A stretch of 64,000 nucleotides of DNA from Clostridia bacterium (GTDB lineage: Bacteria; Bacillota; Clostridia; TANB77; UBA1234): NCBI GenBank assembly GCA_017521465.1, contig JAFXCN010000020.1, positions 5,797 through 69,796 on the forward strand, in the 5' to 3' direction. The notes beneath the pieces were generated by a model that made no database searches, was not told the DNA's origin, and saw only the letters and a program-made list of their open reading frames with translations. Numbering within the stretch: the stretch's first letter is position 1; each line of letters begins with the position of its first letter. This document shows, piece by piece, positions 9,992-20,400 of this stretch. The translations under genes and the position numbers were made by a program.

Positions 9992-10469
9992 AGATAAAAA
10001 ATTGTTTGGAAAGATCAGTATTTTTGACATGATTATAGCTATAATTGGTGTACTTGTTATTGTATTTGCTTATAATTATTTGTATTCTTCAAATAGTGTA
10101 AAAGTCGGTAATACGTACACTAATGTTAGTTTTCAAATTAAGTTAGATAATTTACCAGTAGGTACAAGTGAACAAATTAGTAGCGGTGATTTAATATATG
10201 ATAACGAAACTAATGTATACATTGGTAAGGTAACTGATTATGAGACACAAGAATTTAAAAGAATTATAGAAGACTATGAAAATAAAAAATATGTTGAAGC
10301 AGTGGTGCCTGATAGAGAAACAGTAATATTAACTGTTGAAACTTCTGTATATGATACAGGTGCGGATTTAATTACAGCAAATAATTATTATGTAAAAGTT
10401 GGAAAAGAATTACATCCTCGTGGTCCATCATATGCTGGTACAGGATATATCATTCATATTGATAGATAG
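9978..10469 (+). CDS. DUF4330-like membrane-anchored protein
   Basis: N-terminal KKLFGKISIFDMIIAII signal-anchor followed by a beta-rich domain; paralogous to the next gene. Confidence 0.4.
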   Translation: MKIIKDKKLFGKISIFDMIIAIIGVLVIVFAYNYLYSSNSVKVGNTYTNVSFQIKLDNLPVGTSEQISSGDLIYDNETNVYIGKVTDYETQEFKRIIEDYENKKYVEAVVPDRETVILTVETSVYDTGADLITANNYYVKVGKELHPRGPSYAGTGYIIHIDR

Positions 10470-10479
10470 GAGGTATACT

Positions 10480-10959
10480 ATGGATAAAATAAAAATTGGG
10501 AAATTAAATCTATTAGATATAGTAATAATTGTTTTATTAATATTATGTGTTGCTTTTGCGATATTCAAATTCATGCCAAAGAACAATACTATAAGTGGAG
10601 AAGAACAAAGTAATACTTTTTCGTACACAATTAGAGTTGAAGGCATATCAAGCACTTCTTCAGATATGATAAAAGTTGGAGATAATATTTATGACAAAGT
10701 TACAAATACTCAAATAGGAACAATCACTGATTTGAAAATAGAACCGGCATTAGGAATAATCGAAGATCTTGATGGTAAATATATAAAGGCTGAAATGCCT
10801 AATAAAATTGATGTTGAGATAACTGCTAAAACTGAGGGAAAAGTACAAAATGGTGAATATATTGCAAATGGACTTATAAGAATATTAGTCGGTCAAACAA
10901 AAGAAGTAAAAACAAAATACTGGATGGCAAGCGGATTTGTAACCGAAGTGAATAGTTAA
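10480..10959 (+). CDS. DUF4330-like membrane-anchored protein (paralog)
   Basis: Start at ATG 10480 behind RBS TAGGAGG. The track's 10399 start overlaps the previous gene and is unlikely. Confidence 0.4.
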   Translation: MDKIKIGKLNLLDIVIIVLLILCVAFAIFKFMPKNNTISGEEQSNTFSYTIRVEGISSTSSDMIKVGDNIYDKVTNTQIGTITDLKIEPALGIIEDLDGKYIKAEMPNKIDVEITAKTEGKVQNGEYIANGLIRILVGQTKEVKTKYWMASGFVTEVNS

Positions 10960-10967
10960 TAGTGATT

Positions 10968-11012
10968 TGCTCAAAAAAACAACCACTTTTAAGTGGTTGT
11001 TTTTTTATATAT
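10968..11012. terminator. bidirectional rho-independent terminator
   Basis: AAACAACCACTT-TTAA-AAGTGGTTGTTT hairpin flanked by A-run and T-run, between convergent genes. Confidence 0.65.
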
Positions 11013-11017
11013 AAAGT

Positions 11018-11374
11018 TTATTTCATTTGTAAAAACGCAGCTAAAGCTATAACTCCTACAACTACAACGATTGCAATAATTGCACCAATTACTGTTGAAC
11101 CGCTAGCTGATGTTTCATGTGAATGATCATGTTCTTCTGTAGCATCTTCTTCAACTGTTGTATCAGTAGTTCCTGTTGTAACATCAGTAGCACCATCTTC
11201 TGGAACAACTTCTACAGCTGAGTCATCTTCAACTTTTTCAACGTTTTCTACAGTTTCATCTGTAACTGTTTCAGCAGCATCAGGTGCTGGAGAAATAAGT
11301 AGATCAGCTTCTGTAGCATAAACTACTGTAAATAAAGTTAAAACAATAGTTAATAATAATAATAATTTTTTCAT
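11018..11374 (-). CDS. secreted acidic low-complexity protein with C-terminal membrane anchor
   Basis: Signal peptide, then a D/E/T/V-rich region, then a His cluster (HDHSHE), then a C-terminal TM segment. Confidence 0.45.
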   Translation of the reverse strand: MKKLLLLLTIVLTLFTVVYATEADLLISPAPDAAETVTDETVENVEKVEDDSAVEVVPEDGATDVTTGTTDTTVEEDATEEHDHSHETSASGSTVIGAIIAIVVVVGVIALAAFLQMK

Positions 11375-11530
11375 AATTAAAATCCTCCTGTGTTGTTATT
11401 TATTGCTGTATTATACTCTTGAATAACCAGCTTTCATATTATATAATACCATCAAGAAGATGTCTAGAAATAAGAAAAAAATAACAAAAAAATCACAGAA
11501 TTGAGTTACATAAATAGGAGAGAATGCATT

Positions 11531-12169
11531 ATGAGATTGAAAAAAGTTAAAGACGCAGATGTAATTGTAGATGCATCTGATTACATAATTAAAGAACCAA
11601 AAGAATACAAAACAAAGTGGAAAGAAATTTTCCAAAATGAAAATCCGATTCATATTGAAATAGGTATGGGAAAAGGAAATTTTATAATAGGAATGGCAAA
11701 GAAGTATCCAAATATTAATTTTATTGGTATTGAAATGTACGATAGTGTTTTAGTAAGAGCAGTTCAGAAATTAGATGAATATGAAGAAAAAATTCCAAAT
11801 CTAAGATTAATAAAAATGGATGCTATAGAAATAGAAGAAGTTTTTGAAAAAGAGATTTCACTAATATATTTAAATTTTTCAGATCCATGGCCGAAGAAAA
11901 GACACACTAAAAGACGATTAACAAGTGAAGAATTTTTGAAGCGATATGATTCTGTATTTGAAAATGAAAAAGTCATATTTCAAAAAACTGATAATAACGA
12001 TTTATTTGAATTTTCAATGGAATCTTTAGAAGAGTATGGATATACATTAAAAAATGTAACTAGAGATTTGCATAGCGAAAATATTCAAGATAATGTTCAA
12101 ACAGAATATGAGGAAAAGTTTTCAAGTAGTGGAATTAAAATTAATAGATTAGAAGCATACAAAAATTAA
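11531..12169 (+). CDS. trmB: tRNA (guanine46-N7)-methyltransferase
   Basis: TrmB motifs (IEIGMGKGNF, NFSDPWPKKRH). ATG 11531 lies behind RBS AGGAGAG. Confidence 0.9.
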   Translation: MRLKKVKDADVIVDASDYIIKEPKEYKTKWKEIFQNENPIHIEIGMGKGNFIIGMAKKYPNINFIGIEMYDSVLVRAVQKLDEYEEKIPNLRLIKMDAIEIEEVFEKEISLIYLNFSDPWPKKRHTKRRLTSEEFLKRYDSVFENEKVIFQKTDNNDLFEFSMESLEEYGYTLKNVTRDLHSENIQDNVQTEYEEKFSSSGIKINRLEAYKN

Positions 12170-12345
12170 GAAAGAAGTGCAAGCATATTGCATATAATAT
12201 TTTTATAAAATATGAAAGGATGTGGTGCTAAAAAAGAATAATGAAAGGTCGCCTAGACGAATGTACGGCGGAAATACTACGGCATCAATAACGCACATAA
12301 TTGTCTGTTATTTTCTATTTTAATTGAATAAGGAGTGAATTTTCT

Positions 12346-13587
12346 ATGAAAATACTTAAAAATTATTTACAGACAATCTTACTAATTGTTGCTGTTATTA
12401 TTGGTGGAGCTTTTGGAACTTTATTTCCAGAGCAAGTTATGGTAGTAAAACCTTTAGGAACACTATTTATAAATTTAATATTTATGATAATAGTTCCATT
12501 AATCTTTTTTAGTATAAGTAGTTCTATTGGGAAAATGAAACATCCAAAAAGACTTGGTAGAATTATGAAATGGGCTCTTATAATTTTTGCAATTACATCG
12601 GTTGTTTCGGTTACAATAGGATTAATTTCTACATATATTTATAAACCTTTATCGAATGAAGATATGAAATTAATAACAAATGAAATGGCATTAGAAGATG
12701 GTGGTGAAACATCTGAACTAAATGGTATAGAACAATTTGTTGCTTCTATAACAGTAGATGATTTTTCAAAGTTATTATCAAAAAATAGCATACTACCGTT
12801 AATAGTTTTTTCTGTTTTGTTTGGTATTGCAGCAGTGTTAGTTGGCGAAAAAGCAGAACCAATGGTTAAATTTCTGGAAGCCGGAAATGAAATTGTAATG
12901 AAAATGATTACAATTATTATGTATTATGCACCAATAGGGCTTGGATGTTATTTTGCTACAACAATTGCGGATTTAGGTGCAAGCCTAGTAGCAGGTTATG
13001 TTAGAGCATTTATAGGTTATACTATTTTATCAATACTATACTATTTTATAATTTATACAATTCAAGCTTGGATCGCAGGAGGAAAGAAAGCAGTTAAAGA
13101 TTATTGGAAAAATATTGTACCACCTTCACTTACAGCATTAGGCACTTGTTCAAGTGGAGTATCAATACCTTCAAATATAATTGCTGCTAAGAAAATTGGA
13201 GTTACGGATGATATAGCAGAAATGGTAATCCCATTTGGAACAAATATTCATAAAGAAGGATCATTAATTGGTTCAGTGTTAAAAATAGTATTTTTATTCT
13301 GCTTGTTTGGAAGAGACATGACAAGTATACCAATGATACTTGCTATTCTTGGAGCATCAATATTAGTAGGATTTTTAATAAGTGCAGTACCAACAGGTGG
13401 AGGAGTAATATCAGAAATGCTAATATTATCACTATTTGGTTTCCCAACAGCAGCTATTGGAATATTGGCGATAATTGCAACAATAATAGATGCGCCAGCA
13501 ACAGTGCTTAATGTTGTTGGAAATACAAGTTCATCAATGCTTGTGGCCAGATGTGTAGAAGGTAAGAATTGGAATAAAAATGCTTAA
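12346..13587 (+). CDS. dicarboxylate/amino acid:cation symporter (DAACS family)
   Basis: Polytopic GltP/SstT-like topology with re-entrant-loop-like regions. Confidence 0.75.
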   Translation: MKILKNYLQTILLIVAVIIGGAFGTLFPEQVMVVKPLGTLFINLIFMIIVPLIFFSISSSIGKMKHPKRLGRIMKWALIIFAITSVVSVTIGLISTYIYKPLSNEDMKLITNEMALEDGGETSELNGIEQFVASITVDDFSKLLSKNSILPLIVFSVLFGIAAVLVGEKAEPMVKFLEAGNEIVMKMITIIMYYAPIGLGCYFATTIADLGASLVAGYVRAFIGYTILSILYYFIIYTIQAWIAGGKKAVKDYWKNIVPPSLTALGTCSSGVSIPSNIIAAKKIGVTDDIAEMVIPFGTNIHKEGSLIGSVLKIVFLFCLFGRDMTSIPMILAILGASILVGFLISAVPTGGGVISEMLILSLFGFPTAAIGILAIIATIIDAPATVLNVVGNTSSSMLVARCVEGKNWNKNA

Positions 13588-13666
13588 AAATATTGCTTTT
13601 TCCTCTGCACAATGATATTATCTATTTTGTAACAAAAAACGACAAATCGTTAGGGGGGAAAAGAGA

Positions 13667-13966
13667 ATGGATAAAAAAGTAGCAGGAATTTTAAGCTATA
13701 TAGGGCCTTTATTTTTAGTTCCTTTAATAGTAGTAAAAGATGATGCGGATGTAAAATTTCATGTAAATCAAGGATTAGTGTTGTTTTTATTTGAAGTTAT
13801 TATTGGTATAGTTGGAGGAATACTTGGTGCGATACCACTTATAGGTGGTCTTGCAGGATTATTAGGAATAATACCGTTTGTTTTGGCTGTTCTAGGTATT
13901 GTAAATGTGTGCAAAGATGAAACTAAACCATTACCAGTTATCGGCGGAATAACAATAATAAAATAA
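13667..13966 (+). CDS. DUF4870-family small membrane protein
   Basis: LSYIGPLF...FHVNQGLVLF motif; two TM segments. Confidence 0.5.
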   Translation: MDKKVAGILSYIGPLFLVPLIVVKDDADVKFHVNQGLVLFLFEVIIGIVGGILGAIPLIGGLAGLLGIIPFVLAVLGIVNVCKDETKPLPVIGGITIIK

Positions 13967-13967
13967 A

Positions 13968-13995
13968 AAAGAGAGCATAGCTCTCTTTTTTATTT
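13968..13995 (+). terminator. rho-independent terminator
   Basis: AAGAGAGC-ATAG-CTCTCTT followed by TTTTTT. Confidence 0.6.
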
Positions 13996-14067
13996 AAAGA
14001 ATATTGAATAAATAATAAGTAATAAATAAAAAAGGTTCTTTATTATTTATTCAGTATTCTTTATTCT

Positions 14068-15006
14068 TTACAGCAGCTGTATCTTATTCGACACCAATTC
14101 ATCCGACAAATCTATTTCTCTAGACAACTCTGTTGATATATATTTCTTGTTGTCGTCTGGAAATACGGTAACAATATTTCCTGTTTCATTAAGCAAAACA
14201 GCTGCTAAAAAGTTTGCACCACTCGAAATTCCAACGCCTAGGCCTAATTCTCTTGAAAGTTTTTTAGCCATATTTATTGCATCTTTATCGTCAATTGTTA
14301 TTACTTTTGTTAATAAGTTTAAGTCAACAATACTAGGAATAAAATCATCACCAATGCCTTCAATTTTATGTGTTCCTATTGTAATACCTTGTGTTAGCAA
14401 AGGTAGAGTAGATGGTTCTAACCCATAAATATTGGCATTATTTTTTTCTTTTAATTTTTTACCAATTCCTATAATAGTTCCACCTGTTCCAATTCCTGAA
14501 ACAAAAGAATCAACTTCTGGGTATTGTTTAAGGATTTCCTCAGCAGTTCCATAATAGTGTGCTTCGATATTTTGGGGATTATTAAATTGATCTGTTTTGA
14601 ATGCGCCAATTTTGGCTGCTAATGCATTAGCTTTTTCAATTGCAGCTTTAAATCCACCTTCTTCGCGTGAAACTAAATGTATTGTAGCACCATACATTTT
14701 AATCAAACTTTGGCGCTCAGTACTTACCCAATCAGGCATAAAAATATGCACAGGATGACCAAATAAAGCTCCAATGGAAGCAAGTGCAATACCGGTGTTC
14801 CCACTAGTTGCTTCAACAATTGGTTGACCATCTTTTAAATCTCCGCTTCTTTTAGCATTAGATAAAATATGATAAATAACCCTATCTTTAATGCTACCGC
14901 TATAATTGTAGCATTCTAGTTTCGCATGAATACATTTTTCATCACCGTTATAAATATACTTAATTTCGATCATTGGTGTGTTTCCGATTAAATTTTCTAA
15001 ATTCAT
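14068..15006 (-). CDS. cysK: cysteine synthase (O-acetylserine sulfhydrylase), PLP-dependent
   Basis: PLP-lysine motif SIKDRV; fold-type II PLP glycine loop GSSSGANF (G-rich loop TGGT at 176-179). Confidence 0.9.
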   Translation of the reverse strand: MNLENLIGNTPMIEIKYIYNGDEKCIHAKLECYNYSGSIKDRVIYHILSNAKRSGDLKDGQPIVEATSGNTGIALASIGALFGHPVHIFMPDWVSTERQSLIKMYGATIHLVSREEGGFKAAIEKANALAAKIGAFKTDQFNNPQNIEAHYYGTAEEILKQYPEVDSFVSGIGTGGTIIGIGKKLKEKNNANIYGLEPSTLPLLTQGITIGTHKIEGIGDDFIPSIVDLNLLTKVITIDDKDAINMAKKLSRELGLGVGISSGANFLAAVLLNETGNIVTVFPDDNKKYISTELSREIDLSDELVSNKIQLL

Positions 15007-15039
15007 AAAAAAACCTCCTACAATTATATTATTATGCGC

Positions 15040-15116
15040 ATTTTCACTTTTTGTTATTAAATTGGCAAAAATGCAAAATAACCCTTAGTTAAATTAACTA
15101 AGGGTTATCGTTAAAT
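15040..15116 (-). terminator. rho-independent terminator after tRNA-Cys, then putative cysK promoter
   Basis: Minus-strand hairpin AACCCTTAGTTAA-TTT-AACTAAGGGTT followed by ATTTTGCATTTTT; downstream candidate -35 TTGCCA. Confidence 0.5.
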
Positions 15117-15190
15117 TGGAGGCGCCAATCAGATTTGAACTGATGATCAGGCTTTTGCAGAGCCGTGCCTTACCACTTGGCCATGGCGCC
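15117..15190 (-). tRNA. tRNA-Cys (anticodon GCA)
   Basis: Minus-strand sequence GGCGCCATGGCCAAGTGGTAAGGCACGGCTCTGCAAAAGCCTGATCATCAGTTCAAATCTGATTGGCGCCTCCA folds as a cloverleaf. Anticodon loop is CTGCAAA; T-loop is TTCAAAT; 3' end is CCA. Confidence 0.85.
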
Positions 15191-15328
15191 AACAAGTAAA
15201 GTTATTATATTATCTAGAACTCAATTTGTCAATGATTTTTTAAAAAATAGAAAAAATAAAAATATGTTGAAAAATAGAAAGATTTTAGTGATATAATTAC
15301 TTATAAATTATATGCAGGAGGAAGAAAA

Positions 15329-15559
15329 ATGAGACTAATGGAATTTAAAATGGAACGTCCAGATTTGGTAAAAGTTGGAGATAAAGTTGAAATTACGGAA
15401 GGTCAATTACCATCTAGTTGGTATTATACAATAGAACCTGCGGTTGCAATGTCGGGAAATATTCCGCTAACAGAAAGGTTATTTGCAACAGAAGGTCAAA
15501 TAATGGAAATAAAATCAAGTGATGTAGGTTATTATTTAACAGTTGGATTTGAAGAGTAA
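15329..15559 (+). CDS. hypothetical small protein
   Basis: 76-aa ORF with RBS GGAGGA; no recognisable motif. Confidence 0.35.
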   Translation: MRLMEFKMERPDLVKVGDKVEITEGQLPSSWYYTIEPAVAMSGNIPLTERLFATEGQIMEIKSSDVGYYLTVGFEE

Positions 15560-15615
15560 AAAACAAACATAATATACCCTCTTAAGTAATATAAATTACT
15601 TAGGAGGGTTTTGTT

Positions 15616-16824
15616 ATGAGAAAAATGATTTGTTTAATATTAAGTGTTATGTTTGTATTTATACCAATAATTTCTATAGCCGCTTCTAATATTGATGCTA
15701 TACCAGTGTGGTCAGAAACAATCGAAGTTTTTAATCAAATACAAAATAAAGTTGACTTAAAACTTAATTCTGAAGCTGCGATATTAATGGATGAAGATAC
15801 GGGAACAATTTTATATACGAAAAATGAGCATAAAAAGTTAAGGCCGGCAAGTGTTACAAAGGTAATGACATTGCTTTTAATAATGGAAGCATTAGATGCA
15901 GGAACAATATCTTTAACTGACAAAGTACCATGTAGTGCAAGAGCAAGTGCAATGGGAGGTTCGCAAATATGGCTTGATGAGACAGAAGAGCTAACTGTAA
16001 ATGAAATGCTAAAAGCAATATGTATTGTTTCAGCAAATGATTGCTGTGTTGCGATGGCAGAGTTACTTGCAGGAAGCGAGGAAGCGTTTGTTGAAAAGAT
16101 GAATGCAAGAGCAAAAGAATTAGGTATGAATGATACAACATTTAAGAACTGTCATGGAATAGATGAAGATGGACACGTTACATCTGCTTACGATATAGCA
16201 ATCATGTCAAGAGAACTATCTTATAAGCATCCAGAAATACACGAATACACAAAAATCTGGATGGACACATTAAGAGATGGAAAATCAGAGTTAGTAAATA
16301 CAAATAAATTAATAAGATTTTATAGCGGAGCAACAGGTTTAAAAACTGGCTCAACATCACTTGCGTTATTTAATCTATCTGCAACTGCAACAAGAAATGA
16401 TATGAAATTAATTGCGGTAGTAATGAAAGGTCCAACAAGTCAGCAAAGATTTGATGATGCAAAAGTTTTGTTAGATTATGGATTTGCAAACTATGCATCA
16501 ATTTGTGTAAATAAAAAAGGTGACGTAATTCAAAGTATAGAAATACCAAAATCAAAACAAGGAAAAGTAGACTTCGTAATAGCTGAAGATTATAGTATAT
16601 TAGTGAATAAAGCGGATAAAGATAAAATAGAAAAAGAAATTTTAATAGATGAAAATATAGCAGCACCGCTTGAGTATTTACAAAAAGTAGGAACGATAAG
16701 TTATAAATTAAACGGAGAAATAATTGCTGAAGGAAAAATAGTATCAGGAAGTAAAGTAGAAGAGAAAAGATGGGATGATTATTTTGCAGAGGTGAGTGGA
16801 AAGTTTTTTAAGGTAGGGAGATGA
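15616..16824 (+). CDS. D-alanyl-D-alanine carboxypeptidase (peptidase S11; DacF/DacB-like)
   Basis: Signal peptide; active-site SVTK (SxxK), SAN and KTG motifs. Confidence 0.9.
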   Translation: MRKMICLILSVMFVFIPIISIAASNIDAIPVWSETIEVFNQIQNKVDLKLNSEAAILMDEDTGTILYTKNEHKKLRPASVTKVMTLLLIMEALDAGTISLTDKVPCSARASAMGGSQIWLDETEELTVNEMLKAICIVSANDCCVAMAELLAGSEEAFVEKMNARAKELGMNDTTFKNCHGIDEDGHVTSAYDIAIMSRELSYKHPEIHEYTKIWMDTLRDGKSELVNTNKLIRFYSGATGLKTGSTSLALFNLSATATRNDMKLIAVVMKGPTSQQRFDDAKVLLDYGFANYASICVNKKGDVIQSIEIPKSKQGKVDFVIAEDYSILVNKADKDKIEKEILIDENIAAPLEYLQKVGTISYKLNGEIIAEGKIVSGSKVEEKRWDDYFAEVSGKFFKVGR

Positions 16825-16840
16825 CAAGATTGATAGAGTT

Positions 16841-16881
16841 TGCTTGTGTGTGTTGACATAAAAACACAAGCGTGATATAAT
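16841..16881 (+). promoter_or_regulatory. consensus sigma-A promoter flanked by inverted repeat
   Basis: TTGACA (16853-16858), 17-bp spacer, TATAAT (16876-16881). GCTTGTGTG / CACAAGCG inverted repeat brackets the -35. Confidence 0.6.
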
Positions 16882-16940
16882 TTGTGCTATAAGAAAAATA
16901 ATAACTCAAGATAAATTGGAACTTGAAAGGAGCGAAACTT

Positions 16941-17375
16941 ATGCTATATACGGAGCTTACTAAAAAGGCTATGAAAATTGCATTTGATGCTCATAAAGAG
17001 CAAGTAGACAAAAACGGTATTCCATACATTTATCATCCTGTTCATTTGGCTGAACAGATGAATACTGAATATGAGATTTGTGTAGCTTTTCTTCATGACA
17101 CGGTCGAAGATTGTGATGTTACATTTGATGACTTGATTGAAGCGGGTTTCCCTGATGAAGTTGTTGAAGCTCTTAAACTTATGACACACGATAAAAGTGT
17201 ACCGTATATGGAATATGTAAGAAAAATAAAAAATAATCCTATTGCAAAAGCAGTTAAGCTTGCTGATTTACGTCATAATAGTGATTTGACCAGACTTGAT
17301 CATGTTACGGAAAAAGATTTGATACGTAAGAAAAAGTATGAACAAGCAATTCGTCTTTTGTCTTCGCTTGATTAA
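16941..17375 (+). CDS. HD-domain (p)ppGpp hydrolase-like protein (small alarmone hydrolase type)
   Basis: RelA/SpoT-type HD motifs AHKEQ...PYIYHP...FLHDTVED. ATG 16941 behind RBS GAAAGGAG. Confidence 0.65.
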   Translation: MLYTELTKKAMKIAFDAHKEQVDKNGIPYIYHPVHLAEQMNTEYEICVAFLHDTVEDCDVTFDDLIEAGFPDEVVEALKLMTHDKSVPYMEYVRKIKNNPIAKAVKLADLRHNSDLTRLDHVTEKDLIRKKKYEQAIRLLSSLD

Positions 17376-17385
17376 ACTATAAAAC

Positions 17386-17417
17386 TATCAAAGAACTCTG
17401 AAATTCAGGGTTCTTTT
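17386..17417 (+). terminator. rho-independent terminator
   Basis: AGAACTCTGAA-ATT-CAGGGTTCT followed by TTTTTT. Confidence 0.6.
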
Positions 17418-17469
17418 TTGTTGTATAAGCTCGTTTGTTTTGATATAATATCGCTACGGAGGTATAAGT

Positions 17470-20400
17470 ATGAAAAAGAAAATTATAATAAGCTTTATAT
17501 TGATATGTATAATTGTGGCGTTAATAGCCTTTTTTATACATAACCAAAATAATCATTCAATTGATACAAAATTTGTAAATTATCCTACATTTACAGTAAC
17601 AGCTACAAGCGAACATAACAATCTTATAGATATTGATACATCATTTAACTTGAAAGCAAGTGAGGGAACAACACTTGAATTAGTTCAATCTTGTTTTTCT
17701 ATTACGCCAAAAGTTGAATATGAAATAAATGAAATCTCAAAAGATTATTATGCCTTAACATTAAAAGAAGAATTGGAAGCAGATAAAATTTACAATATTG
17801 AATATAAGACGGATAAGGCGCCATATAAATGGTCATTTCAAACAGAAAAGAAATTTAATGTTGCAAACTTTTATCCAGGAAATAAAGAATATGTATTGCC
17901 ATCAACTGTAATTGAGATAGATTTTACATATATTCCAGATGACAATATTAGAGAATTTTTTGCTATTTCTCCAAATGTCGAAGGTAAATTCTTATTTGAT
18001 GAAAGAAGAATAAGATTTGTTCCAAATGGAAAGTTAGCGTTAGCCACTACATATGAAGTGACAATATTAGAAGGATATGGTAATAAAGAAAATGACGAAA
18101 AAACAACAGAACAATCATTTAGTTTTTCAACTACTATATCTGAAAAATATGGAACTATGTCAAATCTTAAAAAAATAGATTTTGATGCGGATAAATATGC
18201 TTTTGGTGAAAATCAAGATATTTATATCAGTCATTATAATTATTATGACGACAATATCACTAATTACAAAATAGCTATATATCAATATAAAAATTCTGTT
18301 GATTTTGTAGAGGATTTAATGGCCAAAGAAGTTTATGGTAATTATCCAGAATTAAAACCAGTAGACTTAACAAGATTGGATAAAATTGATGAAAAAGAAT
18401 TGCTAGCTACTGATGTTGTTGAATATGAATATTCGTGGAAAAAAGCTGTACCAATAGATGCTAATCTGTCAGAAGGATATTATATTGTTGTGATAACTAT
18501 TAATGGAATTGATTACTACATGCCGCTTCAAATAAACAATACTATTGCAGTTACACAATATTTTGATGATAGATTGATGGTGTGGGTTCATGATTTAAAA
18601 ACACAAAAACCATTTGCAAATGCAAAAATAAAGATTGATGATATAGACATGGGAGTGACGAATAAAGAAGGTTATTGCGTGCTAACTGGAATTGAACTTC
18701 CGGAAGATAAAGATTTATTAGTACAAATATATGCAGAAAACAGAACTACGATATATGATGTTATAACTTCTCATAATTATTGGTCGGGTGCAACGTCAGA
18801 ATATGATAATACATATATTAAATTTGATAGAGATACATTTAAGACGGGAGAGATACTTAATACTTGGGGATTTATAAAAGATAGACGAAACATTGAAACA
18901 AAAGAATGTACATTAACAATAAAATCATCTTCAGAAGGAGCTGTTTTTGAAGAAAGGAAAATTACACTTGATGAGTTTGGAACTTTTAAGGCTGCTTTTG
19001 ATTTAACTAATTATACAAGTGGTTCTTATTTTTTATCTGTCTATGCGAACGGAAACCAAACTAGTGAAAAATGGTTTGAAATAAGAGATTATGAAACAAA
19101 TTCTTATGATGTATCTATGTCGTTAGATAAGAAAAATGTAAGAGCTGGTGAAAAAATAACGTGTTCTTTAAATGTAAAGCTATTTGATGGAACACCATTA
19201 GAAAATATACGTTATAATGCCAAAATAGAAATGGGCGATAAAGTAACAACAAAAGAAATAACAACAGATGCAAATGGAGATGCAAGCTTCGAGATAGATA
19301 CATCAATATATTATACATATAACAATATTATATATGGTTATGTCCGTTTGACTCCAATTGGTATAGAAGATCAAAATTATCTTGCTAAATCTTTTTCAGT
19401 ATATCCTCATGAAGAAACCTTTGAGACAAATGGGAAATATATTGATAAAGAGAAAATGTATGAATTTAATATAGAAACTTATTATAATGATTACACTAAT
19501 ATGGATGAAGTGAAAAAAGGTGCATTAACAAATAGAACGGGAAAAGTAATGCTTACTAGATATAGAAAGGAAAAAGTGGTTACATCAACTTATTTTGATG
19601 AAAATACAAAAACAATGAAAGAAAACTATAAAATAGTTAAACACTTTGACGGATTTGAAGAACTTGAATACACAACTGTCGATGGAAAAGCTACTGTTAG
19701 ATATGCATCGCCATATGCTACAAGAGACGAAGGTGTAGTCGAATATACAGCATCGTTCTATTCTGAAAAGGATTGGAAAAATATAAGTGATAGATGGACA
19801 TATGTTAGTGAAGAATATGACGCTAACGAAAATCAAGTAGATTTCTTAATGAATAATTACTATCTAGATAGTGATGCGGAACCATATGGATGCAAAGTTG
19901 GACAAGAAATAAATTTGAAAGTTGTTAATGTTACTGATGATAAAACACCAGAAAATGTATATGTAATGTACGTTTTAAAATCTGCGAAAGGCACTGAAAT
20001 AATATACACAGATAAAGCTGAATATAAACTGAAATTTGAAAAAGAATTTGGAGCAGATATTACTATTGAGGGATTTGTATTTGATGGAACAACAATAAGA
20101 GCTTTAGGTGATTACTACTATGACACTCAATATAGATTTTCTCTTGCTGATGAAGAATTAGATATGCAAGTTGAAGTTGAGTTTGATAAAGAGCACTATA
20201 AACCAGGCGATACAGCTAAATTAAAAATCGTAACAAAAGTTGATGATAATCCTGTAAAAGCGGCGGTCAACTTAAGTGCAGTTAATAAGGAATACCTTGC
20301 AGCAAATCCGCAATATAATGGTGATATACTGTATGCATTGCATAATTATTATAATTTTTACATTAAAGCAGAAAGTTTCACTCATACAATACTTTCTTCA

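Noticed and set aside
12170-12345. Possible riboswitch or T-box upstream of the dicarboxylate symporter
   Set aside because: No T-box motif or other recognisable riboswitch core sequence was found.
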